DNA of 57,197 bases, the filler included, from Dugesia japonica (Eukaryota): assembly GCA_001938525.1 (NCBI GenBank). It is 5 parts of 5 records of this genome, joined end to end, with 100 filler letters (N's around TTAATTAATTAA, not from the genome) between each part and the next. Parts side by side here need not be neighbours in the genome. Positions count along the whole stretch, not along the records: positions 10,052 to 24,557 come from MQRL01613272.1; 4 more parts are not named here. One strand, given 5' to 3'. Numbering within the stretch: position 1 is the first letter of the stretch; the number at the start of each line of letters is the position of its first letter. This document shows positions 12,501-24,235 of the stretch, piece after piece. The notes beneath the pieces were generated by a model. The model was not told the origin of the DNA. It saw nothing but the letters and a program-made list of their open reading frames with translations, and ran no database searches. Made by a program: the position numbers and the translations under genes.

Positions 12501-12745
12501 AGTAGGTTGATACGTAAGCACTGGAACACTTGCATTTGTCTAGTCGGGGGGGCGGGTTTCTTGTATTTAAATATTTTGTTCTTCAAATTTTTTGTTCTTC
12601 AAATTTTTGTGGTTCAAATTTTTTGTTCAATTTTTTGTTCTTGAAATTTTTTTGTTGTTCAAATTTTTTGTTCTACAATCTTTTTTGGTTGTTTTAAAAT
12701 ACACCAACTAAATGCACTGTTCCAGTGTTTACGTATCTACCTACT
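12501..12745. mobile_element. Small TIR element with AGTAG...CTACT termini
   Basis: AGTAGGTTGATACGTAAGCACTGGAACACTTGCATTT is inverted against AAATGCACTGTTTCCAGTGTTTACGTATCTACCTACT. Internal CAAATTTTTTGTTCTT repeats. Confidence 0.6.
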
Positions 12746-12829
12746 TTACATTTTTATGAAAAGATAATAGTATGTAGATATGTAGCACTGGAACAGTTGC
12801 ATTTATCTGGGTGACAAAAGGGTACATTG

Positions 12830-13340
12830 ATTCAATATTTCCTCGATATTGCTTGGTTTGGATAATTTTTGGGTGAATTCGTTCAATATTTCCTCGGGAT
12901 TGGTAACTTTTAGGTAATTTAGATAAAATTGGTTTAAAATTTCCTAAGATTTGGGTAATTTTTGGTTGACNNNGTCAAATTTTTCCTCGATTTGGGTAAT
13001 TTTTGGGTGATTTAGAAAAAATTGGTTTAAACTTTTCTCGGTGAGGTCGAATGAGGTCGATTTTTGGTTGATCCAGGTGAATTTGGTTTAATCTTTCCTC
13101 GGGAATGGACAGTTTGGGTAATTTTTGAACGATTTGGTTAGGAATTTACTCAGTGAGGTCAAATAAGGTCAATTTTTAGTTGGTTCAGGTGAATTTAGTT
13201 ACTTATTTTCTAGGGATTTCTTGGTTTGGATAATTTTTGAGTGATTTAGGTGAAATTGTTTTAAAAATTTTTTGGTGAGGTCGAAAAAGGTCGATTTTAG
13301 GTTATTTTAGGGTGATTTGATTGAATATTTCCTCAGCATT
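12830..13340. repeat. Degenerate tandem repeat array (AATTTTTGGGTGATTTAGGTGAAATTGGTTTAA..TTTCCTCG-like units)
   Basis: Recurring motifs seen directly. Confidence 0.7.
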
Positions 13341-13494
13341 GGTCAATTTCCACAAAAGATTTATTCACAAAACTAAACTATATTCAACACTATTTGTTCA
13401 TTCAAACAAATCAAAATTCTACGTTTTAATTGGTGATCATTTTTTTTAAATATTATAATTTAAACGAAACTTTAACTTTATTATTAAATCGTCA

Positions 13495-13981
13495 TTTAAA
13501 ATTTAAAACAAAATAATCATTTGTTATTAAATTTCCATTCAAAATTTCAAACAAAAGTAATCATTTGTTAATTGAATTTCTATTTAAAATTAAAACAAAA
13601 ATAATCATTTGTTAATTGAATTTTCATCCAAAATTAATAACAAAAATAATCATTCGCTATTAAATTTTCATTCAAAATTTCAAACAAAAGTAATCATTTG
13701 TTAATTGAATTTTCATCCAAAATTTAAAACAAAATAATCACTTGTTATTAAATTAATATTTAAAATTTAAAAGAAAAATAATCATTCGCTATTTAATTTC
13801 CATTTAAAGTTTAAAACAAAAATAATCTTTCGTTAATTGAATTTTCATCCAAAATTTAAAACAAAAATAATCATTCACTATTAAATTTTCATATAAAATT
13901 GAAAACGAAAATAATCATTCGCTATTTAATTTCCATTTAAAGTTTAAAACAAAAATAATCTTTCGTTAATTGAATTTTTAT
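13495..13981. repeat. ~39-40 bp minisatellite
   Basis: AAAATAATCATT(T/C)G(T/C)TA..AATTT(T/C)CAT..AAAATTTAAAAC repeated about 12 times. Confidence 0.9.
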
Positions 13982-14195
13982 NNNNNNNNNNNNNNNNNNN
14001 NNNNNNNNNNNNNNNNNNNNNNNNNNNNNNNNNNNNNNNNNNNNNNNNNNNNNNNNNNNNNNNNNNNNNNNNNNNNNNNNNNNNNNNNNNNNNNNNNNNN
14101 NNNNNNNNNNNNNNNNNNNNAGTATACTAGATTACTGACCTTTAAAAAAATTGACCTTGACGGGGGTTGATCCAGTGCGCTACTATCTATCTACT

Positions 14196-14420
14196 GTGGA
14201 TAATTACCTTACTTTATAGGAAAACAGTATGAATCCGGTTGGTTGCGAACAATTAGTCGATTCGCGTTTCCTATTCTTAAATGTATTGGTTCATTTGGTA
14301 TGAAAACTGCACAGGATATACTAGCTAACGATTNAAAATTATTACCACCATTAAAATCTAATTGAATGAACTTGGTAATGTTTTATCTTCTTTGTCTAGT
14401 TGAGTAACCAGTATGATACC
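14196..14420 (+). pseudogene. Polinton small core/membrane-active-like protein upstream of the capsid gene
   Basis: G*LPYFIGKQYESGWLRTISRFAFPILKCIGSFGMKTAQDIL resembles the small amphipathic protein often found before the Polinton MCP. Confidence 0.55.
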
Positions 14421-14559
14421 TAAATAGCAAACATGTTGCCATCAAGAATAGAAAATAAGATACATGCTGAAATAAGTAATATGATAAAAATTTTTAAAAA
14501 AACTAATAATAAACGCAAGAAATGAAGCTCCTCACTCATAAACAAATGAATTAGAGGAC

Positions 14560-15020
14560 ATGGAACAATATTCGAAAAACGATTTGTGGAAAAACTAAAT
14601 TGTGCATTTTTGATCGGCCATCTCCTCAAACTGTTACTGAATATTTGAAGATGTGTTTCCAATGAATTCGATATCTGAATCGCGAAATGATGTAGATTTT
14701 CATCAATGAATCGCAAACTGAATAACTGGATTTGAATGACACCTTGTTATATGTACAAGTGAAAGTAGTTGATAAAGTTGGAAAGGATTTGATTGAAGCT
14801 TCTGATGTAATAACTAACAACTATAGGTTTCATTCTCTATTTAGTGATGTCTTTCTGTCATTTAACCATTTTAAAATAGATGGTGGAAATAGAACTTATA
14901 TTCAAAAATCCTTGATTGAAACTATATTAAATTACAATGTAGACAGTAAGAATTATTTTCTTACAGCAATGGGATATGGAGTAGAAGCAGATAGAAAAAA
15001 ATCGATTAAATGATCTAAAC
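14560..15020 (+). pseudogene. Polinton major capsid protein (PY/hexon-like), 5' part
   Basis: CGKTKLCIFDRPSPQT...LDLNDTLLYVQVKVV...FHSLFSDVFLSFN...IETILNYNVDSKNYFLTA. Confidence 0.85.
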
Positions 15021-17819
15021 GGTTAGTTACTGATAAACTTTCTGAAAAGTGAATTAAAGTCAACAAAATTTTATTTATGAAATTTCAAATCTTCAAATCT
15101 TAAAAAACTATTTTTGAAAGGTTGAATATTTAAACAAAGTTGTTTAAATATTTTTTAAAAAAATTCTTGAAATCTTTTTCAGCATTTTGTTCTTAAAACT
15201 TTAAATTTTACATCCCCCTCGATTAAAAGAATTTTTTAAACTTTTCTACGTTCCTTTCTAGCACTTTTCCATTTGTATTTCGTAAACGATTTCTTCTCTC
15301 ACATCCTTTCTTTCTTTCTTCCAGTCGCATGTCATTGGTGTATTCCACTGCGAATTACATTTTCTTATAATATTAGAGTTTGCTAAATTTTTTATGGCCG
15401 TATCTATTTTTTCTTCTAGAGTCATGGGTTGTCTCCAAGGCTTCGTATTTATTGGATTACCCTTTGTCACTATTATGTGTTCTGCCACCCTTGTACATCC
15501 GAAATCCCAGTTATCTGCTATGAATACTCGACGTTGTTCTATTACCTTTTCTAGTTTCTCGTTTCGTTGTTTCATCAAAATTCTTAAAGTTCTCTGTTCT
15601 CTTTCAACATCCTCAATTTTCCAACCAAACCTTGCGTCTATTTTGCAGATCCACTGTTCATTCTCATGCTCCTTTGTTTCTTTCTTTAAACGGTATCAAA
15701 ACTGGCGTTGCATGTCTATTCCTCCAACAAGATTCGGACTCATTTCTTTCACTACGGTAAATTGCACTGTTTCCGATCTCCACTTCTACATATATCTTGC
15801 CCGCAAGGTTCATTCTACTATTATTTGCACATTTTAACACGTCATCAGTTTCTCTCAGCTTGACATTTGTCAGACTTCTAAATATATTTCGGCTCATCAC
15901 GTTTATCTTTGCACATGTGTTCAAAAAGGCAGTCTTTATATCTTCCTTGAATTCTTACTTCTACACTGGGCCTACCTTGCATTCTATCTTAATTTATTTG
16001 TACTTGTTTATTCTCTTCTAATATCATTATTTCTCGTTTCTTTCATTATCTTGATATCTGTATTATACATATCTCTGTAATGTCTCTTTTAAAACGCATA
16101 AACTTTTCTGTCTACTCTTTCCTCTTTACTTTTATCTTTTATACTATTAATTAAACTACTTTTACTATACATATGTATATAGCGATCTGGATTGTTTTTA
16201 GTTCATTGCTCTAATCAACTCGACTTTGGATGGAGCTTGTCTAATTGGGGTGTCTTCTCTATAGCTGTTGGTCTCCTCATCGTAATAATAAATATTATCT
16301 CCTCTCTTTATGTACTCCTCATCTTCCTCTACCATTGCGTTTACATATCTATTGCCAGCTTTTTTTCCTGAATCCATTATTGGCTGATGTCCTCCCACTT
16401 TGTTTTTGGAATCTGTTATTATCTTCATATTTTCTGTTTGTTTCATCTCTTTGTCTGTATAGTGCTGCTTCGTTTCTTTGTTCGTTATTCTGCTGTCTTC
16501 TCTCATTAGTCCATTTACCTCTTTTCTCCAAATTAGTATAACATTGTTCTGTATGATGTCCATTTTTTCCACTTGAACATCTAATTTTGTCACAATTTCT
16601 TCTTATATGATTCTCTGATCCGCTTGCGTAACACATTCTTTTCTTTTCGGGACAACTTCTGTTGATATGACCTATCTTTTGACATAAACAACATGTAATT
16701 TCTTTTTTAGCTTCACGTTGAGTTCGGTTAACTCCTGAGAAACGTTTTTTTGCAATGCCTCTTTTTACTGCATTGGTATAACTCTCTATCGTATTTATAT
16801 TGTCCGTTTCTTTTAGGTCATCCTTTAGTTCATCATTTGTTTTTATTATTTCAAATATCTCTTTCGAGTTGGCTAATTTGCCTCCTTTAATTTTTATTTG
16901 CATCCTTTAATCGCGGCAACTATTATATATTAATTCTTTTGTCATCTCTTCTTTTTCTAGTTTGTGTGCAAAGATTTTATCGANCAGTGTTAAAATATTT
17001 TTCTTGTACACATAAACGTGTTCATCCGTTCTCTTGTGTTTTAAAGCTTCCTCCAAATCTTGTATGAGAGTAGTCTTTTTGTGGAACGCTTTCCTCAGTC
17101 GGTCCTCAAAATCTAATAATTCATCTTGGCATTCATATGCTTCTCTTAANNNNNNNNNNNNNNNNNNNNNNNNNNNNNNNNNNNNNNNNNNNNNNNNNNA
17201 TCGCGGCAACTATTATATATTAATTCTTTTGTCATCTCTTCTTTTTCTAGTTTGTGTGCAAAGATTTTATCGACCAGTGTTAAAATATTTTTCTTGTACA
17301 CATAAACGTGTTCATCCGTTCTCTTGTGTTTTAAAGCTTCCTCCAAATCTTGTATGAGAGTAGTCTTTTTGTGGAACGCTTTCCTCAGTCGGTCCTCAAA
17401 ATCTAATAATTCATCTTGGCATTCATATGCTTCTCTTAATTTTCGATCAATTAAGCCAATCACCAAGAGGTTTTTATCCTTTTTCTTTACACCAATACAT
17501 TCGAAGTATTTAGTGCAAGCATTGATAAACTGTTCAATATCGTCACCATGCCGGTAAATTCCAGGGTGTAGGGCTTCTCGAATGAGGTCCATTGAAGCGT
17601 TTGTCGCCATGTTAGTTACTGATCAACTTTCTGAATAGTCCATTAAAGTCAACAAAATTTTATTTATGAAATTTCAACTCTTTAAATCTTCAAAACTATT
17701 TTTGAAAGGCTGAATATTTAAACAAAGTTGTTTAAATATTTTTTAAAAAATTCTTGAAATATTTTTTAGCATTTTCTTCTTCAAACTTTAAATTGCAATT
17801 TCAATTTTTAATCCTTACA
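15021..17819 (-). mobile_element. Internally deleted Gypsy LTR retrotransposon inserted in the Polinton MCP
   Basis: LTRs 17610-17819 (TG..CA on minus) and 15021-15212; PBS-like TGGCGAC at 17603-17609; PPT ~15213-15228; 5-bp TSD TAAAC/TAATC; gag with CCHC (16349..17610), protease-like FLNTCAKINVM and the start of RT (SQWNTP). Confidence 0.9.
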
Positions 17820-17824
17820 TAATC

Positions 17825-18228
17825 CATTGGCTCTATGTGTTTCCTTGCAGCTGGACTTTATGAATCAACCAAAATATCTAATTCATGGTGTCAATGTACA
17901 CATTAGATTGAAGAGAGAAAACCTGGAATCGGCAACTGATAAACCCTAATATCAATTATTGAATGCAAAATTAATGGTTAAACTTGTGCGTGTGGAACCT
18001 TAAGTATTGGTTGGTCATTAAATAGGAGTAACTAAACAAAATACTATTTATCTAATACTAATCAAGAAGCTTGTTGGGTTTGCAATTGGTAAAAATTGTG
18101 TCTTGTTTATATGGAAAAAATCTTTGGAGATCGTCGTTTGCCTAGCTTTCTGTTGGTAACATTTCAAAATGAAGATCAATATAAATATGATTATAAAAAC
18201 TCTANTTCAACATTTCAACATTTCGCCA
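17825..18228 (+). pseudogene. Polinton major capsid protein, continuation after the Gypsy insertion (3' truncated)
   Basis: LALCVSLQLDFMNQPKYLIHGVNVHIRLKR...AKLMVKLVRVEP...IFGDRRLPSFLLVTF...FQHF. The frame rejoins the 5' part across the TSD. Confidence 0.85.
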
Positions 18229-18260
18229 TATTATAAAATTAATAATTATCTATTTTGTTT

Positions 18261-18859
18261 TTACACAGTAATATCATTAGAGTTGAAAATATCAGTTCTC
18301 ACTCTAAGTTCATAAGGACATTGTTGTGTAAAGTCAAGTAAATGATATTCATGCGGGATTACTGTAGCATTATTGAACGATTCAATAAAAAATTGTCTGA
18401 TATTAGGATAGACCATCCTTGCTAAAAATTCAAGAACTGTTTGATCTCTCGGACTTTTAAGTATAACATTTAAATTATGTGTCTGATAGTTTCCTTCTTT
18501 ATGGAATAGATTTTGAGTAATGAATGTCACAGTCACATCACAATGCCTCGATATCTTTGTAAATAGTTTGTTAAATTCCTTTCTTTATTAGCTTCCTGGT
18601 ATAGATCATCAACAAAAATCTCATTACTTGGTGTCAATTTCTTGCTCCAGTTTTTGTCAAATCTCTTTACAATTTTCATTTTTATATCGCAAAATACTGA
18701 TTGAATCATCCGATGCTCCTCATCTGCACCTCTATGCCAATATATTTTATTGAATTTCGATTTGAATAAGTTTGATTTCAATCATTTACACACAAACAAG
18801 GCTTTTCCACTACCACTTGGTCCAACAATTTGATTTACAGCTTCATTTTTTAATTTCAT
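18261..18859 (-). pseudogene. Polinton A32-like DNA packaging ATPase
   Basis: Walker A IVGPSGSGK; Walker B EIFVDDL; FITQNLF; KSPRD; LLDFTQQCPYELRVRTDIF. Confidence 0.9.
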
Positions 18860-18900
18860 TATAATCTATACTTGTTTAAACGGATCAATAGAATTAATAT

Positions 18901-18920
18901 TCTTTATACAGGTATAAATA
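18901..18920. promoter_or_regulatory. Back-to-back TATA boxes between the divergent ATPase and TBP-like genes
   Basis: TATAAATA (+, 18913-18920) and TATAAAGA (-, 18901-18908), about 30 and 40 bp upstream of the respective ATGs. AT-rich background limits confidence. Confidence 0.45.
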
Positions 18921-18949
18921 CCATTTTAAAAATGAATTATTCATAAATA

Positions 18950-19330
18950 ATGATTGCAAATATTAATTACAGAGGAAACGTTGATCAAGAAGTGACCAAA
19001 AAATGAGATTTTCATGTGGAATACCTGCTCAATTAGTAGAGAAAACAGACAAGTATGCCCTTGTTTTCTTTCAATCAGGAAGTTGTAGATTCATGGGTCG
19101 TAAGAAACAAATAGGACCAAAGGATTTAAAGTATAATATCCAGAATATTCAATTACAATCACTTACAGTTGTCTATGATTTGAGAACTATGATTATAAAC
19201 CGGAAATATTCCCAGGATTAAGAATTTCAAAATATGTTCCAATATGTGTTAATTTATTTTCAAGTGGAAAGATTGAATTAGTTGGAATAAAAACATTTTA
19301 TTATCAATCAATTGTTAATGAAATATTAAA
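18950..19330 (+). pseudogene. TATA-box-binding-protein-like gene within the Polinton (two frameshifts, probable small deletion)
   Basis: MIANINYRG...PAQLVEKTDKYALVFFQSGSCRFMG...IQNIQLQSLTVVYDL / YKPEIFPGLRISKYVPICVNLFSSGKIELVGIK versus TBP repeat 2 YEPELFPGL...LLIFVSGKVVLTGAK. Confidence 0.85.
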
Positions 19331-19359
19331 ANNNNNNNNNNAATTAATTAATAATTTAA

Positions 19360-19694
19360 ATACTATTGTTGTACACTTTTCAAAAATAGATGATGTAATC
19401 TTGTCAAAAAAACAGAAGGAAATTTTGAAAGAAATATAACTATTTAATCAAGATGTTGTTTTCGAAGATGATGATGAATACATGATATCTTTCATGAAGT
19501 GGCTTGGAAGAACTATTATTCCAAAAATTATTTCAGAGACTAAACGTTGTTTATCGTTGAATTATGAAGATTATCTCAATAAATGTAAAGTTGATGTTGC
19601 CAATAATCTGGCAAATGTATTCACTCTTGATCCATTTATCGATGTTATGGAGAAAATATCAAACAATGAAATTATACTTTATCGTATTAAATAA
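19360..19694 (+). pseudogene. Polinton orphan ORF
   Basis: ORF 19482..19694 plus upstream in-frame sequence; AATAAA overlapping the stop. Confidence 0.4.
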
Positions 19695-19802
19695 AAATTT
19701 ACTGTTTTAAACTTGTTTTGATTTTTAAAAGTAATAAAATTAACAAAGTAGAAATTAATAAGATAAGTCGTTTATTTTTACAAATATTTATTTAATAAAT
19801 TT

Positions 19803-20230
19803 TCATTCAATCTTTTGAGTTGATTTAACTTACCATATTGGTTTTACTATTTCTTCCCATTTCTTGTAACCAATAATTTCGACTAATCTTTGATTTACTT
19901 TCTTGAACATTATCTTTCTTGGATTTAATAAATGATGCATCTTCAATTTTCATGCGTTCATTGATTTTTACAAATAGTTCATTAAGAGTCTTTTGATCAT
20001 TCTCACTGATTTCAGATATGTATAAATCGTAAACACAAGGTTTTACTTGTATAGAATCCTAAATATAAAAGTATTAATAAAGTTATTAGCAAATCAAATA
20101 TTATTTGAAAAGTATAATTGATTGTTCTCTTAAAGAAAACCATTTCGTGTATCAAGTAATTTCTTGGTTTTTCACACTCAAATACTAGTGTAGAAGAATT
20201 TTCCTTGGTAAGAATTTTAATCAACTTCAT
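19803..20230 (-). pseudogene. Polinton orphan ORF (frameshifted)
   Basis: ORF 20012..20230 continues in other frames (ISENDQKTLNELFVKINE; LVEIIGYKKWEEIVKPIW). TATATAAA lies ~27 bp upstream of the ATG. Confidence 0.4.
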
Positions 20231-21299
20231 TTTGAAATAATGAATTAAAGATTCAGTTTATATAGGTTTTAGTACGGGTTTGTATTAATTAAATACATTG
20301 ATACGTTTAAACAATTGATTCTAGAACATTTTTATTGAAATTATCTAAAAATTAAATTAGTTTAAATAAAATTTAATTAATTTTAATTATAATGGTTAAA
20401 TTTATTTAATATGAATTATTATAGTTAAATTTACTGATTTTTCAATATAACTATTTATGTATAAGTTTTGGTGATTTTTAAGCTTGTTATTCGTACTCAC
20501 CGTAAAATTGTCTGTCGAATAGTATCAATTTCGATAAATTCTNNNNNNNNNNNNNNNNNNNNNNNNNNNNNNNNNNNNNNNNNNNNNNNGGCTGTACATA
20601 TTCGTTAGGAAGCATTTTTACCGAGATGATATTTTAACTTTGTACAGTCAATTTTTCATCTTGAATAAAATAATACCAAATTTGAGTCCATAGCTGTTAT
20701 CTGCGCACAGAATTCTGAGCACTAAACTCTAAATTTTTAAATTTTTTCACCACCAAACTTCATTTATTTCATCAAGTATTAACTTTGGCGATTTTAGGTT
20801 AACATATTTGGAATCAGCAAAAAGTACTCTATCGAATATACATTTTCTTGACCTATTTTAAGAAGAAAATATTTTTTCGAACAAATCCTGTGCAAAATAC
20901 TGGGAAAACCAAATATTATCGGGGTAAAATTACACAGAAGTCATTACAATTTTTTAAATTATATAGAAGTCACCAAAAATTTTATTGAAGTCACCGAAAA
21001 TTTTCAAAAATTGCATAGAAGTCTATGAAAATATAACAAAGTACTGATGTGTGTTTGTTCATTTTTATAAATTATGATCAAATATTCCATGAGAAACATA
21101 AATGCATTTGCAAATTTTTCATAATCTTTTTAAAAGAAATTTAATCTATTTAAAATTTGTAAGTAAATAATTAATTCATTTTTTACATTTTAAAGTGCGA
21201 ATATCTCTACTTATGCACCAAACTGCTTTGAAAACATGACAGATGCATTTTTTATATCATTACCATTCTAATGATATCAAGTTTGATGCCTATTAATTA

Positions 21300-22905
21300 A
21301 GAAATGGTACCAAAACTCCATTTTTAAAATATAAAGATATATTTGAGAGAGGTTCAAAATCTGCGAAACTTTATGGACTTCCTAAAGTTCATAAGAAAGA
21401 TGTTCCTATGCGTCCTGTTTTATCCTTGATAAAAATAGCTCAATATAAGGTTGCCAAACTGTTGAATAAGCTTATTAAGCCTTTACACAGATCTGAATTT
21501 GAGTGCAAGAATAGTTTTGAATTTTCATCTTTAATTTCTCATTATCCATTGGCTAGTAATGATTGCTTTACGGTCTCATTTGGTGTTGCAAATTTATTAA
21601 CTAATATTCCATTAAAAGAGACAATACATTTGTGTTGTGAAATATGGAGTGATTTTAATCCTAATAAATCTTCTTTAGATGATATAGCGTTTCATGATCT
21701 TTTAACCTTTGCAACATCAAATTTTCAATTTCTTTTTAATGATGAATGGTATAGACAGATTGATGGTGTGGTGATGGGATCCACATTAGCTCCAACATTA
21801 GCTTCTATTTTCTTGTCTAAATTAAAGAGTAAGATTAATGATTATTCTTCTGTTAAACCTCTAGTTTATAAACGTTATGTCGATGAAATTTTTCTTAATT
21901 TTGAAAATCACTCTCAAGTACATCTGTTTTTGGAGTATATGAATAACTTGCATCCAAATATAAGTTTTTCGGTTGAAGAAGAGATCAATTCAACTATTAC
22001 ATTTCTTGATTTGCTTATTGAAAGAAAGAATACTTCATTTGAAACAGAGATATATAGAAAGAAAACTGATACCGAGTTTTTTACTAATTCTGGCAGTTTT
22101 TATGACATAAAATATAAAAGTAATATGATTAAAGGACTAATTCATCGTTCTTGGTCTCTCTTNTCTACTTTAATCAAAGCAGACAAGAGTCTTAAAACAT
22201 TAATTGACTTACTTCATAATAATAGGTATCCTAAATTGTTTACGGACAAATTAGTTTATGAAACTTTAATTAAACTTAATAGTGACTTGTTTCGTGTTGA
22301 TATATCTGAAGTTGTAAAAACAGATCCTAAAATTGTTTTATCTTTACCTTATTCTGAGGGCTTTAAAAACTTTCGATTGAAAATGCTCTTAAGAATATTT
22401 TAAATATAAAGTTGGTATCTCAATCTCATAAGGTTATAAATATGTTTAATAATAAATCTATAACTCCTTTAGGCTTGTGCTCTAATCTGGCATATCAATT
22501 TAAATGTAAAGGATGTAACGTCACATACATTGTAGAGACTTTCCGTCATCTCTGCACCAGAGTTCAAGAGTATAGTCGAAATAGTAGTAATAGTAATATT
22601 GTTGAGCATTGGAGAAAATGTAGAAAATCAATATGGTGTTCTGATTTTAAAATCCTGTACAGTGGATTTAATAATTATTGGGAGAGAGTGATGTGAGAAG
22701 CTTTGTTGATAAGGGTATTAAATCCTAAAATTAATGTTCAGTTGACAGATTCAACATCGCTCTTAAAATTATTTTATTGATATTTTTCATTAAGATTGCA
22801 CAATTGAAATTCTATAATCATTTAAACTTTGTAAAAAGTTTGTTTTAATATTCTTTAATTGCCTGATGACGACGGCTATTCCATCGAAATTGATCGCAAA
22901 TAAAT
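21300..22905 (+). mobile_element. Penelope-like retroelement (RT plus GIY-YIG endonuclease), 5' truncated
   Basis: LYGLPKVHK..VPMRPV; QIDGVVMGSTLAPTLA; KRYVDE; ITFLDLLI; YRKKTDT; AYQFKCKGCNVTYIVET.RHLCTRVQE; terminal hammerhead. Confidence 0.95.
22859..22900 (+). ncRNA. Type I hammerhead ribozyme in the Penelope terminal repeat
   Basis: TTGC-CTGATGA-C-GACGG ctatt CCATC-GAAA-TTGA-TC-GCAA. Confidence 0.8.
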
Positions 22906-24007
22906 ATTTTTAAAAAATTTAAAAAATTTTTTTTCCTGTGCCGTTTTCTTGTATTGCATACATTTTTCGATACCAATCATTTAGACAATGTATAGGTAGT
23001 TTGTAATTGCCTAGTTAACAGTATCAAATTTAAGTCTTGGTGATAAAATCTTGAGGTTGGGCACGGTTTTTAAACTTAAAACCTTTAAATATTTAATTAC
23101 TCGTCACCTGAGATAGCAGTTATGTTCATCAAGGTTTTACGAGTCTAACGATAAAAAATCTTTTATTAGTTAATGTATATACTTGTTTTAATAGAGCTTT
23201 TTAAAATTGATGAATTTAGATGTTTCAGTGCGCCAATATCTACCTACTAGAGTGTTGCTCAACTTTCCCACGAAGGAAGCATTTTTCATCATAAGTACTT
23301 TATGAAATGTATAGATTGTTTTCAAGTATCATCTTAGTGATGGTGGTTTCAACTCATAAAATTGTAACCGCCCACCATAGAGCCAAATATNNNNNNNNNN
23401 NNNNNNNNNNNNNNNNNNNNNNNNNNNNNNNNNNNCTTTATAAGTGAGATACATTCTACTTTTAATTCACTATCACATCGTATAAAAATCTTGATGAGTG
23501 TAATGGAAAAGTTTTGATGGAGACGGATTTTTTAAAATTTTAAATCTTTAATAAACTTTTACCCTTACATTTGACTAATATTAAAATACCTTCACTGTAT
23601 TCATCATTTAATTGCGCATCCAACAATATCAAGTTTGACCAGAAAACACGATTTTAAATGGACTTTGATCTATAAAATTGATATGTACCTTTAGCCGTCA
23701 TGTTGAATGGGAAGGAGTCATTAGACAAATATGCTCGAGCTATCTCGAATAGGGTGGTTCGAGTTTCCAACTTTATGCACATCTGATAATATTTTGTTGG
23801 TATGATTGATAATTGTATCTTAAGTTCCAAAAAATTAATTTTTAGACTGGTTGTAAAATCTGGAAAATCAATATTAACTATTTAAAATTTTTAAATATTT
23901 CTTATTAATTTGTAACAAAGTAAACCATTGATTTTTGATTTATTAAATAATTGATACGTACATGTATATCATTTTTAGTTAAATATTTTATGTTTAAATT
24001 TATTTAG

Positions 24008-24235
24008 CAATGAAATACAAGTTATTGTTTATGTCGAGTCTGGTCGAAATANNNNNNNNNNNNNNNNNNNNNNNNNNNNNNNNNNGAATTTAAAATCTAA
24101 AATTCAACAAAAGATAAATATTGAAAATACCTACCTAACATTAGTCTATCAAGGTGAATTGTTGGATGATGACAAGACAATTAATCATTACGAAATTGAA
24201 ACATGTTCAGTTATTATTGCTCATCGCACCATAAG
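24008..24235 (+). CDS. Second host ubiquitin-like exon (probably same gene as 11318-11545)
   Basis: tttAG acceptor and AG|GT donor; 228 bp including an N-run; phase 2-2; NEIQVIVYVESGRN...NLKSKIQQKINIENTYLTLVYQGELLDDDKTINHYEIETCSVIIAHRTI. Confidence 0.8.

Larger units (their letters stand above)
14196..20230. mobile_element. Decayed Polinton/Maverick (adintovirus-like) gene block
   Basis: Core-like protein, major capsid, A32-like ATPase, TBP-like gene and two orphan ORFs, compactly arranged and intronless. Confidence 0.85.

Noticed and set aside
13495-13981. CRISPR-like periodic repeats (also 56712-57197)
   Set aside because: Head-to-tail units without unique spacers, no cas genes, eukaryotic context.
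16909-17438. Tandem duplication of part of gag
   Set aside because: Essentially identical sequence on both sides of an N gap, so an unmerged overlap. The same applies at ~11150-11240, 11525-11712 and 30526-30969.
19803-20230. Resemblance of the orphan ORF to poxvirus late transcription factor VLTF3
   Set aside because: Only a loose pattern across frameshifts, with no CxxC motifs or clear conserved block.
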